NCBI GenBank assembly: GCA_964457525.1
Contig: CAYWGS010000015.1
Span: 1 to 23,170 of the forward strand
Origin: an uncultured Erysipelotrichaceae bacterium
GTDB lineage: Bacteria > Bacillota_I > Bacilli_A > Erysipelotrichales > Erysipelotrichaceae
Direction: 5' to 3'
DNA length: 23,170 nt
Under the pieces are notes generated by a model. It had not been told where the DNA came from and made no database searches. It was given only the letters and a program-made list of their open reading frames with translations. The translations under genes and the position numbers were made by a program. How positions within the stretch are numbered: the stretch's first letter is position 1; every line of letters begins with the position of its first letter. Below, piece by piece: positions 8,165-17,674 of this stretch.

Positions 8165-9208
8165 ATGCGTAAATTAATTGAATTCCAAAATATCGTAAAA
8201 AGCTTTAATGATAGTTTAGTTTTAAAAGGAATTAACTTATCCATCCATGAAAACGAGTTTGTTACCTTACTTGGTCCAAGTGGTTGTGGTAAAACAACTT
8301 TACTAAGAATCTTGGGTGGTTTCATCCAACAAAATGAAGGGCATGTCTATTTTGATGATATCGAAATTAGTAATGTTCCTCCATACAAACGTGAGATTAA
8401 TACGGTTTTCCAACGTTATGCATTATTCCCTCATATGAATGTGTTTGATAATGTAGCATTTGGATTACGTATTAAGAAACAAGATAAGAATACAATCGAA
8501 CAAAAGGTTAAGAAGATGTTAAAGTTGGTTAACCTTGAAGGGTATGAAGATCGTCCAGTTACATTACTTTCTGGTGGTCAGCAACAACGTGTTGCGATTG
8601 CGAGAGCTCTAGTTAATGAACCAATGGTTTTATTACTCGATGAACCTTTAGGAGCACTTGATTTAAAACTTCGTAAAGAAATGCAGATTGAATTAAAGAA
8701 GATCCAACAAGAAGTTGGGATTACGTTTATCTATGTAACACATGACCAAGAAGAAGCATTAACGATGTCGGATACGATTGTAGTTATGAATGCGGGTGAA
8801 ATCCAACAAATTGGTACACCGACTGATATCTACAATGAACCTGAGAATCGTTTTGTTGCGGATTTCATTGGTGAATCCAATATTCTTGAAGGGGTTATGT
8901 TAGAAGATTATAAAGTTAAGTTTGATGATCAAGTCTTTGAATGTATTGATTATGGTTTTGAAGATAACTTGGATGTAGATATTGTTTTACGTCCTGAAGA
9001 TATTGATATCGTACCTATTGATATGGGTCGAATCAAAGGTGTGATTAAGTCAAGTTTATTTAAAGGTGTGCATTTTGAAGTAGTGGTTGAAACACCGTAC
9101 CGTGAATGGATTATTCATACGACCGATAAAGTCGAGGTGGATAAGGAGGTAGGCTTACACTTCTTCCCTGAAGACATTCACATTATGTATAAGATGGGAA
9201 CGTACTAA
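8165..9208 (+). CDS. potA: Spermidine/putrescine ABC transporter, ATP-binding protein
   Basis: Walker A (GPSGCGKTT), the ABC signature ([15 protein letters not shown]) and Walker B (LLLDEP) are present, together with a C-terminal regulatory domain typical of PotA. Confidence 0.9.
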   Translation: MRKLIEFQNIVKSFNDSLVLKGINLSIHENEFVTLLGPSGCGKTTLLRILGGFIQQNEGHVYFDDIEISNVPPYKREINTVFQRYALFPHMNVFDNVAFGLRIKKQDKNTIEQKVKKMLKLVNLEGYEDRPVTLLSGGQQQRVAIARALVNEPMVLLLDEPLGALDLKLRKEMQIELKKIQQEVGITFIYVTHDQEEALTMSDTIVVMNAGEIQQIGTPTDIYNEPENRFVADFIGESNILEGVMLEDYKVKFDDQVFECIDYGFEDNLDVDIVLRPEDIDIVPIDMGRIKGVIKSSLFKGVHFEVVVETPYREWIIHTTDKVEVDKEVGLHFFPEDIHIMYKMGTY

Positions 9209-9209
9209 T

Positions 9210-10061
9210 ATGAAGGGATATGCAAGTTTAGTTAAACCGTATATCTTATGGATGTCGTTGTTTATCGTAGTGCCAATGTTATTAATTGTTCTCTATGCAT
9301 TTACTGAACATGGTAACTCTTTGATGGCATTTCGATTCACTCTCGATAACTTCATGCGTTTCTTTGATCCTGTATTTATTAAAGTATTATTCAAGTCATT
9401 AGAAGTTGCGATTATTACAACCGTTCTCTGTATTATTATTGGTTATCCTATTGCTTACATCATTTCTAATACAAGTGAAAGAGCACAAACGTTACTTATC
9501 TTGTTAATTACATTGCCAATGTGGATTAATATGCTTGTTCGTACTTATGCTTGGATTAGTATCTTATCCGATGGTGGTATCTTAAATTCTATCTTACAGT
9601 TCTTTGGTTTTGAACCAATTAAGATGATGTATACCGATTTTGCAGTTATGTTAGGGATGGTCTACAACTTCCTACCGTTTATGATTATCTCAATTTATAC
9701 CGTATTAGCAAAATTGGATCGTGCATTAATTCATGCTAGTCATGACTTAGGGGCGAATCCTATACAAACATTCTTAAGAATAGTACTTCCATTATCGATG
9801 CCTGGTGTTATTTCAGGGATTACCCTTGTATTCTTACCAGCGGTTAGTACCTTCGTCATTCCTAAGTTCTTAGGTGGTGGTCAGTACATGTTAATTGGTA
9901 ACTTGATTGAAAACCAATTTATTACAGTCGGTGAATGGAACTTCGGTAGTGCAATTTCACTTATTATGGTGATTATTATTATGGGTTCTATGATTTTAAC
10001 TCGTAAGATTGATCGTGATGCGTCTGACACTGCTAGTGTAGAAGGAGGTAAGCTATGGTAG
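9210..10061 (+). CDS. potB: Spermidine/putrescine ABC transporter permease
   Basis: The 283-aa polytopic protein has the EAA-type loop (HASHDLGANPIQTFLRIVLP). It starts 1 nt after the potA stop. Confidence 0.88.
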   Translation: MKGYASLVKPYILWMSLFIVVPMLLIVLYAFTEHGNSLMAFRFTLDNFMRFFDPVFIKVLFKSLEVAIITTVLCIIIGYPIAYIISNTSERAQTLLILLITLPMWINMLVRTYAWISILSDGGILNSILQFFGFEPIKMMYTDFAVMLGMVYNFLPFMIISIYTVLAKLDRALIHASHDLGANPIQTFLRIVLPLSMPGVISGITLVFLPAVSTFVIPKFLGGGQYMLIGNLIENQFITVGEWNFGSAISLIMVIIIMGSMILTRKIDRDASDTASVEGGKLW

Positions 10062-10855
10062 GGATTAAAAAACATAACTATATTAAGTTCTTTACCTTAT
10101 TCTTAGTCTTAAGCTTCTTCTATTTGCCAATTCTAAGTTTGATGATCTTCTCATTTAATGATTCGAGATCATTAACATCCTGGTCTGGTTTCTCTCTTCA
10201 ATGGTATCAAGCTTTATTTGAAAACAGAGAAATGATGACAGCGATTACCACGACGATTACGATTGCGTTAGTATCTACAGCAGTTGCGACGGTTATGGGA
10301 ACACTTGCGGCGATTGGTATTTCTAAATCACGTCGTTTGATTAAGGAACTTGTATTAAGTGTAAACAACTTTCCAATCCTTAATCCTGAAATTGTTACGG
10401 CGATTGGACTCATGTTGTTGTATTCTTCACTGAATGTTGAGAAGGGTTTTGTGACAATGTTGCTCGCTCATATCATCTTCAGTACACCCTATGTTATTCT
10501 AAGCGTATTACCTCGTTTAAGACGTTTAGACCCAGATATTGCGGAAGCAGCACTTGATTTAGGGGCAACTCCTTTACAAGCGTTGTGGAAGGTTATTGTG
10601 CCTATGATTATGCCTGGGATTGTATCCGGTGCACTCATTGCGTTTACAATGTCATTTGATGACTTCGTTATCTCTTACTTTGTAAGTGGTAATGGGGTTA
10701 AGAATATCTCTATCTTAGTGTATACGATGTCGAAACGTATTAATCCTACGATTAATGCATTATCTACAATCCTCGTCGTAATTATTACGATTGTATTATT
10801 GGTGGTAAATCTTTACCCTTATGTAGCCAAGAAAGAAATTAAGGAGGCAGAATGA
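10055..10855 (+). CDS. potC: Spermidine/putrescine ABC transporter permease
   Basis: The 266-aa polytopic protein has the EAA loop (EAALDLGATPLQALWKVIVP). It overlaps potB by 7 nt. Confidence 0.88.
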   Translation: MVGIKKHNYIKFFTLFLVLSFFYLPILSLMIFSFNDSRSLTSWSGFSLQWYQALFENREMMTAITTTITIALVSTAVATVMGTLAAIGISKSRRLIKELVLSVNNFPILNPEIVTAIGLMLLYSSLNVEKGFVTMLLAHIIFSTPYVILSVLPRLRRLDPDIAEAALDLGATPLQALWKVIVPMIMPGIVSGALIAFTMSFDDFVISYFVSGNGVKNISILVYTMSKRINPTINALSTILVVIITIVLLVVNLYPYVAKKEIKEAE

Positions 10856-11886
10856 AAAAATTAAGTATGCTAATCCTTGTCTTAGCATTTATGCTAGCAG
10901 GATGCAACAGTGAAACAAAAACATTAAAGGTATTTAACTGGGGTGTGTATATGGACTCAACCCTCATCGATGAATTTGAAGAAGAATACAACGTTAGAGT
11001 TGTTTATGATGAGTTTGATAGTAATGAATCCATGTATACAAAACTCATGAGTGGGGAGAAGTATGATGTGATTGTGCCATCGGATTATATGGTGCAACGT
11101 TTAATTGAAGAAAATCAATTACAAAAATTGGATAAGAGTGTTGTTAGTTTAGACAATGTTTTGCCAAATGTATTGAATCAAAGTTTTGATCCAAACAATG
11201 AATACAGTGCGCCTTACTTCTGGGGCAATGTTGGATTAATCTACGATACAACGCAAGTTGATGTAAATGATTTAAATGAAGGATGGAATGTTTTACTCAA
11301 TCCTAAATATAAAGGGAAGATTTACTTCTATGATTCAGAGCGTGATGCATTCTTGGTTGCGCTAAAAGCGTTAGGCTATTCCGCTAATACAAAAGTCGAT
11401 AGTCAACTCAATGAAGCATTTGATTGGCTTTCACAACTCAATACTACAATGGAACCAATTTATGTGACAGATGATGTTATTGATAATATGATTGCTGGAA
11501 ATAAAGCGATTGCAGTGGTTTACTCCGGTGATGCGGCTTATATTTTAGATGAAAATGAAGATATGGCATTCTATGTCCCTGAAGAAGGAACAAATATGTG
11601 GGTTGATAGTATGGTTATTCCTGCCAATGCTGATAATCCTGAACTTGCAAATGCTTGGATTCAATTTATGTTAAGTGAAGATGCTCAAACACGTAATACA
11701 CTTGAAGTAGGTTATTCTACTGTACATAAAGACGTTTGGGAAGCAATGATTTCAGATGAAGGGGATTATGCGGGTAATGAAGCGTATTCTGTTCGTCAAG
11801 GAAATTCAAAAGATGAAATATTTAAATATGACGAAGAGCTTAAAGTCAAAATGTCTGATTTATGGTTAAAAATTAAAGCTCAGTAA
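10852..11886 (+). CDS. potD: Polyamine-binding lipoprotein PotD, paralog 1
   Basis: The 344-aa protein has a lipobox (LAGC at aa 15-18) and PotD blocks (NWGVY, VPSDYM, PYFWG, PEEGTNMWVDSMVIPANA). It overlaps potC by ATGA. Confidence 0.88.
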   Translation: MKKLSMLILVLAFMLAGCNSETKTLKVFNWGVYMDSTLIDEFEEEYNVRVVYDEFDSNESMYTKLMSGEKYDVIVPSDYMVQRLIEENQLQKLDKSVVSLDNVLPNVLNQSFDPNNEYSAPYFWGNVGLIYDTTQVDVNDLNEGWNVLLNPKYKGKIYFYDSERDAFLVALKALGYSANTKVDSQLNEAFDWLSQLNTTMEPIYVTDDVIDNMIAGNKAIAVVYSGDAAYILDENEDMAFYVPEEGTNMWVDSMVIPANADNPELANAWIQFMLSEDAQTRNTLEVGYSTVHKDVWEAMISDEGDYAGNEAYSVRQGNSKDEIFKYDEELKVKMSDLWLKIKAQ

Positions 11887-11894
11887 GGAAATAA

Positions 11895-12938
11895 ATGAAA
11901 AAATTACTTTTATTAAGTTTAATTGCAGTATTTGCTCTTGTAGGTTGTTCTACAGCTGAAAAGAAGGTTTTAAAAGTCTATAACTGGGGTGCTTATATCG
12001 ACGAAACAGTTATTTCTGAATTTGAAGATAAGTATGATGTACGAGTTATTTATGACAACTACGATTCTAATGAATTAATGTATACCAAAATTCAAAGTGG
12101 AGAATACTACGATATCTTAGTTCCAACCGATCACATGGTTGAACGTTTAATTGCGGAAGATTTCTTACAACCACTTGATTTATCACTTATCCCTAATCTA
12201 TCAAATGTATATCCTGATTTACTCAATCGTCCATTTGATCCAAATAATGCTTACAGTGTCCCTTATTTCTGGGGTAACATTGGTATTATCTACAACACTC
12301 AAAACGTTGATGTGGCTGATTTAGAAGCAGAAGGATGGGATGTTTTAAAGAATCCTAAGTATGCAGATCGAATTTATATCTATGACTCAGCACGTGATGC
12401 ATTCATGGTTGCTCAAAAAGCGTTAGGTTATTCAGTTAATACAACAGATGAAGCAGAGATCGAAGCAGCATTTGAATGGTTAAAAGACATGAATAGTACA
12501 ACTCGTCCTATTTACATCGATGAAACCATCATTGACAACATGATTACTGAACAAAAAGACTTAGCAGTAGATTTCTCTGGTGATGCAGCTTATGTTATTT
12601 CTCAAAATCCAAATATGTCATTTTATGTTCCTGAAGAAGGTACTAATGTTTGGATGGATAGTATGATTATTCCTGCGAATGCTAAAGAAGTTGATTTAGC
12701 ACACAAATGGATCAACTTTATGTTAGAAAATGAAGTTGCGCTTAAGAATACCATTTATGTTGGTTATACTTCTCCTGTGAAATCTGCATTTGAAACAGTT
12801 ACAGGTGCAGGTGGCGATTATGAAGGTAATGTAGCGTATGCGCCTCGTATGGATAATCCATTGGATGAAGTGTATCAATACAATGATGCGTTGAAAGAAG
12901 TCTTAACAGACAAATGGACACGCGTTAAAGCACAATAG
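11895..12938 (+). CDS. potD: Polyamine-binding lipoprotein PotD, paralog 2
   Basis: The 347-aa protein has a lipobox (LVGC). It is collinear with paralog 1 along its whole length (roughly half to 60% identity by eye) and shares the C-terminal KAQ. Confidence 0.88.
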   Translation: MKKLLLLSLIAVFALVGCSTAEKKVLKVYNWGAYIDETVISEFEDKYDVRVIYDNYDSNELMYTKIQSGEYYDILVPTDHMVERLIAEDFLQPLDLSLIPNLSNVYPDLLNRPFDPNNAYSVPYFWGNIGIIYNTQNVDVADLEAEGWDVLKNPKYADRIYIYDSARDAFMVAQKALGYSVNTTDEAEIEAAFEWLKDMNSTTRPIYIDETIIDNMITEQKDLAVDFSGDAAYVISQNPNMSFYVPEEGTNVWMDSMIIPANAKEVDLAHKWINFMLENEVALKNTIYVGYTSPVKSAFETVTGAGGDYEGNVAYAPRMDNPLDEVYQYNDALKEVLTDKWTRVKAQ

Positions 12939-12944
12939 TTTATT

Positions 12945-12967
12945 AGAGGACAATGTCCTCTTTTTTT
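12945..12967 (+). terminator. Rho-independent terminator of the pot operon
   Basis: AGAGGAC-AAT-GTCCTCT at 12945-12961 is followed by a T-run extending to 12967. Confidence 0.85.
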
Positions 12968-13071
12968 ATCCCTAAAATAGAGTATAATGAATGTCGTAGT
13001 GAATGAAAAATGCAGTAATTTCTTTGAAATCGAACTTATTAAATTAAATTAAAAAAAACTTAAGTTTCATC

Positions 13072-13099
13072 TTGCAATTTAATCATAGTTTGCTATAAT
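13072..13099 (+). promoter_or_regulatory. Candidate sigma-A promoter of the tRNA operon (extended -10)
   Basis: TTGCAA (13072-13077), a 16-nt spacer and TGcTATAAT (13091-13099), 20 nt upstream of the first tRNA. Confidence 0.65.
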
Positions 13100-13118
13100 A
13101 AAAAGGCACCGTTTAAAC

Positions 13119-13192
13119 GGTTCCTTAGCCAAGTGGTAAGGCAATAGACTGCAACTCTGTGACCGTCGGTTCAAATCCGACAGGAACCTCCA
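13119..13192 (+). tRNA. tRNA-Cys (GCA)
   Basis: The 74-nt cloverleaf was folded by hand. It has acceptor GGTTCCT/AGGAACC, anticodon loop CTGCAAC, T-arm GTCGG-TTCAAAT-CCGAC and an encoded CCA. Confidence 0.9.
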
Positions 13193-13194
13193 AT

Positions 13195-13281
13195 GGGGAT
13201 GTGGCGGAATAGGCAGACGCAACGGACTTAAAATCCGTTGATGGCAACATCGTGTGGGTTCAAGTCCCACCATCCCCACCA
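13195..13281 (+). tRNA. tRNA-Leu (TAA)
   Basis: The 87-nt class II tRNA has acceptor GGGGATG/CATCCCC, anticodon loop CTTAAAA and a long variable arm (GATG-GCAA-CATC). Its T-arm is GTGGG-TTCAAGT-CCCAC and CCA is encoded. Confidence 0.9.
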
Positions 13282-13325
13282 TTGCATGTTTCAGAGAAGA
13301 TTTTGGTGCCTTATACTTAGACTTT

Positions 13326-13402
13326 GCGCCTATAGCTCAATTGGATAGAGCGTTTGACTACGGATCAAAAGGTTGTGGGTTCGACTCCTGCTAGGCGCGC
13401 CA
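13326..13402 (+). tRNA. tRNA-Arg (ACG)
   Basis: The 77-nt tRNA has acceptor GCGCCTA/TAGGCGC, anticodon stem TTTGA/TCAAA with loop CTACGGA, and an encoded CCA. Confidence 0.9.
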
Positions 13403-13411
13403 TAAAAAACT

Positions 13412-13488
13412 CGGGATGTAGCACAGCTTGGTAGTGCACTTGATTTGGGATCAAGGGGTCGCAGGTTCGAATCCTGTCATCCCGACCA
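13412..13488 (+). tRNA. tRNA-Pro (TGG)
   Basis: The 77-nt tRNA has acceptor CGGGATG/CATCCCG, anticodon loop TTTGGGA, T-arm GCAGG-TTCGAAT-CCTGT and an encoded CCA. Confidence 0.9.
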
Positions 13489-13506
13489 TGCAATTTTTTA
13501 TTTTAC

Positions 13507-13583
13507 GGCGGGATAGCTCAGTTGGCTAGAGCAATCGGTTCATACCCGGTCGGTCGTGAGTTCGAGTCTCACTCCCGCTACCA
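13507..13583 (+). tRNA. tRNA-Met (CAT), elongator type
   Basis: The 77-nt tRNA has acceptor GGCGGGA/TCCCGCT (G1-U72), anticodon loop TTCATAC and an encoded CCA. It lacks both the initiator hallmarks and the C4-G69/C5-G68 pairs, so I assign it as elongator Met. Confidence 0.7.
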
Positions 13584-13587
13584 ATTT

Positions 13588-13664
13588 GGACCCTTAGCTC
13601 AGTTGGTTAGAGCTGCCGGCTCATAACCGGTAGGTCGTAGGTTCGAGTCCTACAGGGTCCACCA
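13588..13664 (+). tRNA. tRNA-Ile2 (CAT, lysidine-modified type)
   Basis: The 77-nt tRNA has acceptor GGACCCT/AGGGTCC with C4-G69 and C5-G68, the TilS determinants described for E. coli tRNA-Ile2. The anticodon loop is CTCATAA. It strongly resembles the Bacillus tRNA-Ile(CAU) as I recall it. Confidence 0.65.
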
Positions 13665-13672
13665 CTTTATAT

Positions 13673-13761
13673 GGAGGAATACCCAAGCGGTTTAAGGGAC
13701 TAGTCTTGAAAACTAGCAGATGTGAGAGCATGCGTGGGTTCGAATCCCACTTCCTCCGCCA
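13673..13761 (+). tRNA. tRNA-Ser (TGA)
   Basis: The 89-nt class II tRNA has acceptor GGAGGAA/TTCCTCC, anticodon loop CTTGAAA, a long variable arm and an encoded CCA. Confidence 0.9.
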
Positions 13762-13794
13762 TATCGCTTATTTCTAAATTTATATATTATACAT

Positions 13795-13871
<77 letters not shown>

Positions 13872-13874
13872 AAT

Positions 13875-13950
<76 letters not shown>

Positions 13951-13962
13951 TTTATAAATGAT

Positions 13963-13984
13963 CCTGTTGATGACAGGTTTTTTT
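13963..13984 (+). terminator. Rho-independent terminator of the tRNA operon
   Basis: CCTGT-TGATG-ACAGG at 13963-13977 is followed by a 7-T run (13978-13984). Confidence 0.75.
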
Positions 13985-14044
13985 ATGCCTTGTTTAAAAT
14001 ACGGTATAATAGAGTCATGATATTTAATTAAGGAGGTTTTAAAA

Positions 14045-14767
14045 GTGGATTATTTCTTTGCGGCTGCGTCTGATATACCTGAGCATTTAAGATTAAGTTT
14101 ATATGGACGAACACATTTATTGTGGTTGGGTGCTATAGCAATTTTCATTGTATTACTAAGTATTTTCTACACACGTTTAAAACCTTATCAAAGGAAACAG
14201 TTTAAAAAGACGTATGCCTTATTCATTTTGTTCTTTGAGTTATTAAGACAAATCATTTATTTAGTCTTAGGTCGATATGAATTAGGATTATTACCACTTC
14301 ATTTATGTGGTTTAACAGAGTTCCTTATTTTCTTCCATGCGTTTACTAAGAATAAGATTATTAAAGAAAGTTTATATGCAATGGGAATCATTGGGGCACT
14401 TATGGCTCTATTATTTGCGGATTGGCTCATATATCCTCTATGGCATTTCCAATCAATCCATAGCTTTGTGATGCATGGCTTGTTGCTTGGTTATATTATC
14501 ATGTTACTGTGGAGCCAAGAGTTAAGACCAAATTATAAATTACTACCACAAGTATTCATTCTGTTTTTCTTAATTTGTTTTGGATTATTCTACTTTAACA
14601 AACAATATGGAACAAACTTCTTCTTCCTTAACTATCCATCACCAGGGTCTCCACTTGTCATGTTTGAAGAGTGGGTAGGGAACCCAGGTTATATTGGTTT
14701 AACTGTTGTATTGTTACTGATTGTTTGGTTTATCATGTACTTACCATGGCGTATTGGCCGTAAATAA
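14045..14767 (+). CDS. Integral membrane protein of unknown function (YwaF/TIGR02206-like)
   Basis: The 240-aa protein has about 7 hydrophobic segments. It has a GTG start with an AAGGAGG RBS 7 nt upstream. The family assignment is from memory of the general N-terminal pattern only. Confidence 0.6.
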   Translation: MDYFFAAASDIPEHLRLSLYGRTHLLWLGAIAIFIVLLSIFYTRLKPYQRKQFKKTYALFILFFELLRQIIYLVLGRYELGLLPLHLCGLTEFLIFFHAFTKNKIIKESLYAMGIIGALMALLFADWLIYPLWHFQSIHSFVMHGLLLGYIIMLLWSQELRPNYKLLPQVFILFFLICFGLFYFNKQYGTNFFFLNYPSPGSPLVMFEEWVGNPGYIGLTVVLLLIVWFIMYLPWRIGRK

Positions 14768-14778
14768 AGGAGTCTGTT

Positions 14779-15669
14779 ATGGGCAAGGTTGATTTACATA
14801 TCCATTCAAATTATTCGATGGATGGAGAGTATACCGTTCTGGAGTTATTTAAGATTGCGGAGGAAGCAGGAATTAGTTTAGCTGCGATTGCGGATCACGA
14901 CAATATTGAAGCAGCACGTCAAGTTGAAACATATCGAACATATTCAAACATTAAATGGATTCCAGCGATTGAATGTACTTGTTTATACAATGATCTTGAA
15001 TTACATATTTTAGGTTATGGAATTGATCCACATTTTTCTTGGTTTGATGATTTACATGCAAGAACTAAGAAAGCACACCGTGATATATTGAAACAGAGAT
15101 TGGATGCATTGAATAAGATGTTTGAATTGAATTTAACCGTTGCGGATTTTGAGATATTCTTTGAAAAGAATGTCATGAATCCAAAGTTTATTTCGAAATA
15201 TATTCTATCCAATCCTAATGCGGTTAATAATAAACGTTTAGCACCTTATGTTACAGGTTCCTATGTATCGCCAGCAAACACCCTATTCGTTCAACACACG
15301 ATGGAATTTGGTAAAGAAGCATATGTTAAATGTGATTTACCAAGTTTAAATACGGTTATTGAACAGATACACAATGCGGGTGGTTTAGCTGTCTTATCGC
15401 ATCCAGGAAATACGGTTAAAGAAGATTCATATTTATTGAATGAACTTGTACATTTAGGTTTAGATGGTATTGAAGCGTATAGTTCTTATCACAGTGAGTT
15501 TCAAAATGTCTATTATGTCGAATATGCATTACGTAGAAAGTTATTAATTACTTGTGGTTCAGATTATTATGGAAACAGTAAGAAATATATTAAGTTGGGG
15601 AATACACATTGCCCAATGAGTGAAGAAGAGATTCTAGAAGGGTTTAAGAGAAAAGGATTAGTACTATGA
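14779..15669 (+). CDS. PHP-domain metal-dependent phosphoesterase (TrpH/YciV-like)
   Basis: The 296-aa protein has the N-terminal PHP motif VDLHIHSNYSMDG, followed by IADHD, VLSHPG and GIEAY blocks. An AAGGAG RBS is present. Confidence 0.8.
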   Translation: MGKVDLHIHSNYSMDGEYTVLELFKIAEEAGISLAAIADHDNIEAARQVETYRTYSNIKWIPAIECTCLYNDLELHILGYGIDPHFSWFDDLHARTKKAHRDILKQRLDALNKMFELNLTVADFEIFFEKNVMNPKFISKYILSNPNAVNNKRLAPYVTGSYVSPANTLFVQHTMEFGKEAYVKCDLPSLNTVIEQIHNAGGLAVLSHPGNTVKEDSYLLNELVHLGLDGIEAYSSYHSEFQNVYYVEYALRRKLLITCGSDYYGNSKKYIKLGNTHCPMSEEEILEGFKRKGLVL

Positions 15670-16964
15670 AAGTTGGTTTAGTGTCATTAGGATGTAGTAA
15701 AAATTTGGTGGATTCAGAGAATCTACTGGGATGGTTTAGGGCGAATGATTATACCGTTGTGTCCAATTTAAAAGAAGCGGATACAATCGTCATTAATACC
15801 TGTGGTTTTATTGAACCTGCAAAACAAGAAGGAATTGAAACCATACTTGAGTTAGCAGATTACAAGAAACACAATTGTAAGAATTTGATTGTGACAGGTT
15901 GTTTAGTACAACGCTATCATCAAGATCTTGTAGAGGCTTTACCAGAGGTGGATGCTTGGGTAAGAATCCAGGACTATCCACGAATCAATGAAATTCTTGG
16001 GGAACAGCTTCATCAAGAGTTTAAAGTTGTCTATGGTAAACAAGAAAGACTACAAAGTACCGCAAAACATACAGCATATCTTAAAATTGCAGAGGGCTGT
16101 AGTAATCGTTGTACCTACTGTGCTATTCCATTAATTCGTGGGGGTATGAATTCCTATCCAATTGATGATTTGCTCATAGAAGCAATTAAATTAGCGGATA
16201 ATGGGGTTAAAGAGTGTGTGATCATCGCTCAAGATACTTCTCGGTATGGTTTAGATCAAGGTAAGAGTTTATTACCTAAATTACTAGATGAATTAAATAA
16301 AATAGAAGGGTTCCACTGGATTCGATTACTATATCAATATCCAGATGCGATTAGTGATGAAATACTCGATGCGATGAAGCGTAATGAAAAAGTATTACCT
16401 TACTTTGATATTCCAATTCAACACGCTAATAATCGATTATTAAAACTGATGAATCGTAAGGGAACAAAAGAGGATATTCTTAGAGTCGTTAATAAGATTC
16501 GTGATGTCTTTCCTAAAGCAATCCTTCGTACAACGATCATTGTTGGATTCCCAAGTGAAACAGAAGAAGAGTTCCAAGAATTATTGGACTTTGTGGATGA
16601 AATTAAGTTTGATCGATTAGGTGCATTTACCTATTCTCCTGAAGAAGATACCGTTGCTTATTCAATGCCTGATACAATTGAAAAAGAAGTTAAAGAGGAT
16701 CGTTATCATCGCTTAATGCGTCTACAATCGCATATCTCATATGAAAGAATGCAGACATGGTTAGGTGAAGTGATTGAAGTTTGTGTTGAATCTCGAGATC
16801 CTAAATCACTTATCTATCATGGACGTTCATTACACAGTGCACCGGATGATGTGGATGGAGAAGTCTTGTTTACATCGAATAAACTTCTTAAAAAGGGAAG
16901 TTTTGTCCAAGTTAAAGTGAATCGTGTAGAAGAATATGATCTATTTGGAGAAACCGTTGAATAA
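15666..16964 (+). CDS. rimO: Ribosomal protein S12 methylthiotransferase
   Basis: The 432-aa protein has the MTTase N-domain (VSLGCSKNLVDSE), the radical SAM motif CSNRCTYC and a C-terminal TRAM-like domain. It overlaps the PHP gene by ATGA. Confidence 0.88.
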   Translation: MKVGLVSLGCSKNLVDSENLLGWFRANDYTVVSNLKEADTIVINTCGFIEPAKQEGIETILELADYKKHNCKNLIVTGCLVQRYHQDLVEALPEVDAWVRIQDYPRINEILGEQLHQEFKVVYGKQERLQSTAKHTAYLKIAEGCSNRCTYCAIPLIRGGMNSYPIDDLLIEAIKLADNGVKECVIIAQDTSRYGLDQGKSLLPKLLDELNKIEGFHWIRLLYQYPDAISDEILDAMKRNEKVLPYFDIPIQHANNRLLKLMNRKGTKEDILRVVNKIRDVFPKAILRTTIIVGFPSETEEEFQELLDFVDEIKFDRLGAFTYSPEEDTVAYSMPDTIEKEVKEDRYHRLMRLQSHISYERMQTWLGEVIEVCVESRDPKSLIYHGRSLHSAPDDVDGEVLFTSNKLLKKGSFVQVKVNRVEEYDLFGETVE

Positions 16965-16974
16965 CGGTTTTTTT
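16952..16974 (+). terminator. Rho-independent terminator of rimO
   Basis: AACCGTT-GAAT-AACGGTT at 16952-16969 spans the stop codon and is followed by a T-run extending to 16974. Confidence 0.8.
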
Positions 16975-16976
16975 AT

Positions 16977-16997
16977 TTAAAAAGAGCTTTCGCTCTT
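16977..16997 (-). terminator. Rho-independent terminator of the TetR gene
   Basis: AAGAGC-TTTC-GCTCTT at 16982-16997 overlaps the minus-strand stop codon. On the minus strand it is followed by a T-run. Confidence 0.7.
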
Positions 16998-17601
16998 ATT
17001 TTGCATGGTTTCTGATATAGGTAGGAATACTTTGGGCAAAGAAATTAACAAATGTATTTTTAAAGCCTTCATCATTAATATCTAAAACACCTAAGGAGTA
17101 TTGTAAGGCAATACCATCGAGGGCAGCTACTAGGATTGTCGCAATCTGTTTCTGACAGGTTTCATTCTCTACCCCAAAGGCATAAAAATAAAGTTTAGCG
17201 ACTTTATCAATAATCTCCTTATAATCGAGTCGATATTTCTCTTTAATGCGTCCACCCTTACTAATGGCATAGGCTGTTAATAGAATTAAGAGTCGTTGTT
17301 CGATTTCTTTTGACATACGACTACGAACATTATTGCTTATTTCATCAAACATCGCTTGGTTTGATTTTATGTTACTATCTTTATCTTTCTCTGAGAGTTT
17401 ATGTACGAAATAAGCAGATTCTTTTACTGCGTCATAGTATAGATCATCTTTGTTTTTGTAGTGATAGTAAATCGCTCCGGTCGTAAGACCTGCATTTGCG
17501 GCTATTTCTCGCATACTTGCTTTTTCAAATCCTTGGGTCGCAAAGACATGGAGTGCTGCATCTAGGAGTTGTTTCTTAATATCGTTTGTTACTTCTGGCA
17601 T
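16996..17601 (-). CDS. TetR/AcrR-family transcriptional regulator
   Basis: The N-terminal HTH is FEKASMREIAANAGLTTGAIYYHYKNKDDL. I trimmed ORF 16996..17628 to the ATG at 17599-17601 (MPEVTND...), which has a GAGGT sequence 7 nt upstream. Confidence 0.88.
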   Translation of the reverse strand: MPEVTNDIKKQLLDAALHVFATQGFEKASMREIAANAGLTTGAIYYHYKNKDDLYYDAVKESAYFVHKLSEKDKDSNIKSNQAMFDEISNNVRSRMSKEIEQRLLILLTAYAISKGGRIKEKYRLDYKEIIDKVAKLYFYAFGVENETCQKQIATILVAALDGIALQYSLGVLDINDEGFKNTFVNFFAQSIPTYIRNHAK

Positions 17602-17674
17602 AGTTTGACCTCGATTAAAGTGTATCATAATTCACACTTTACATAAAATACTAACTTGTTTATTCATTCACATA

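Noticed and set aside
13282-13325. An internal promoter in the 44-nt Leu-Arg spacer (TTGCAT ... TATACT)
   Set aside because: The spacing between the two hexamers is about 23 nt, which is too long for a sigma-A promoter.
17602-17628. A 9-codon N-terminal extension of the TetR ORF (MIHFNRGQT)
   Set aside because: The downstream ATG (17601) has a GAGGT RBS at proper spacing, and the upstream ATG has none.
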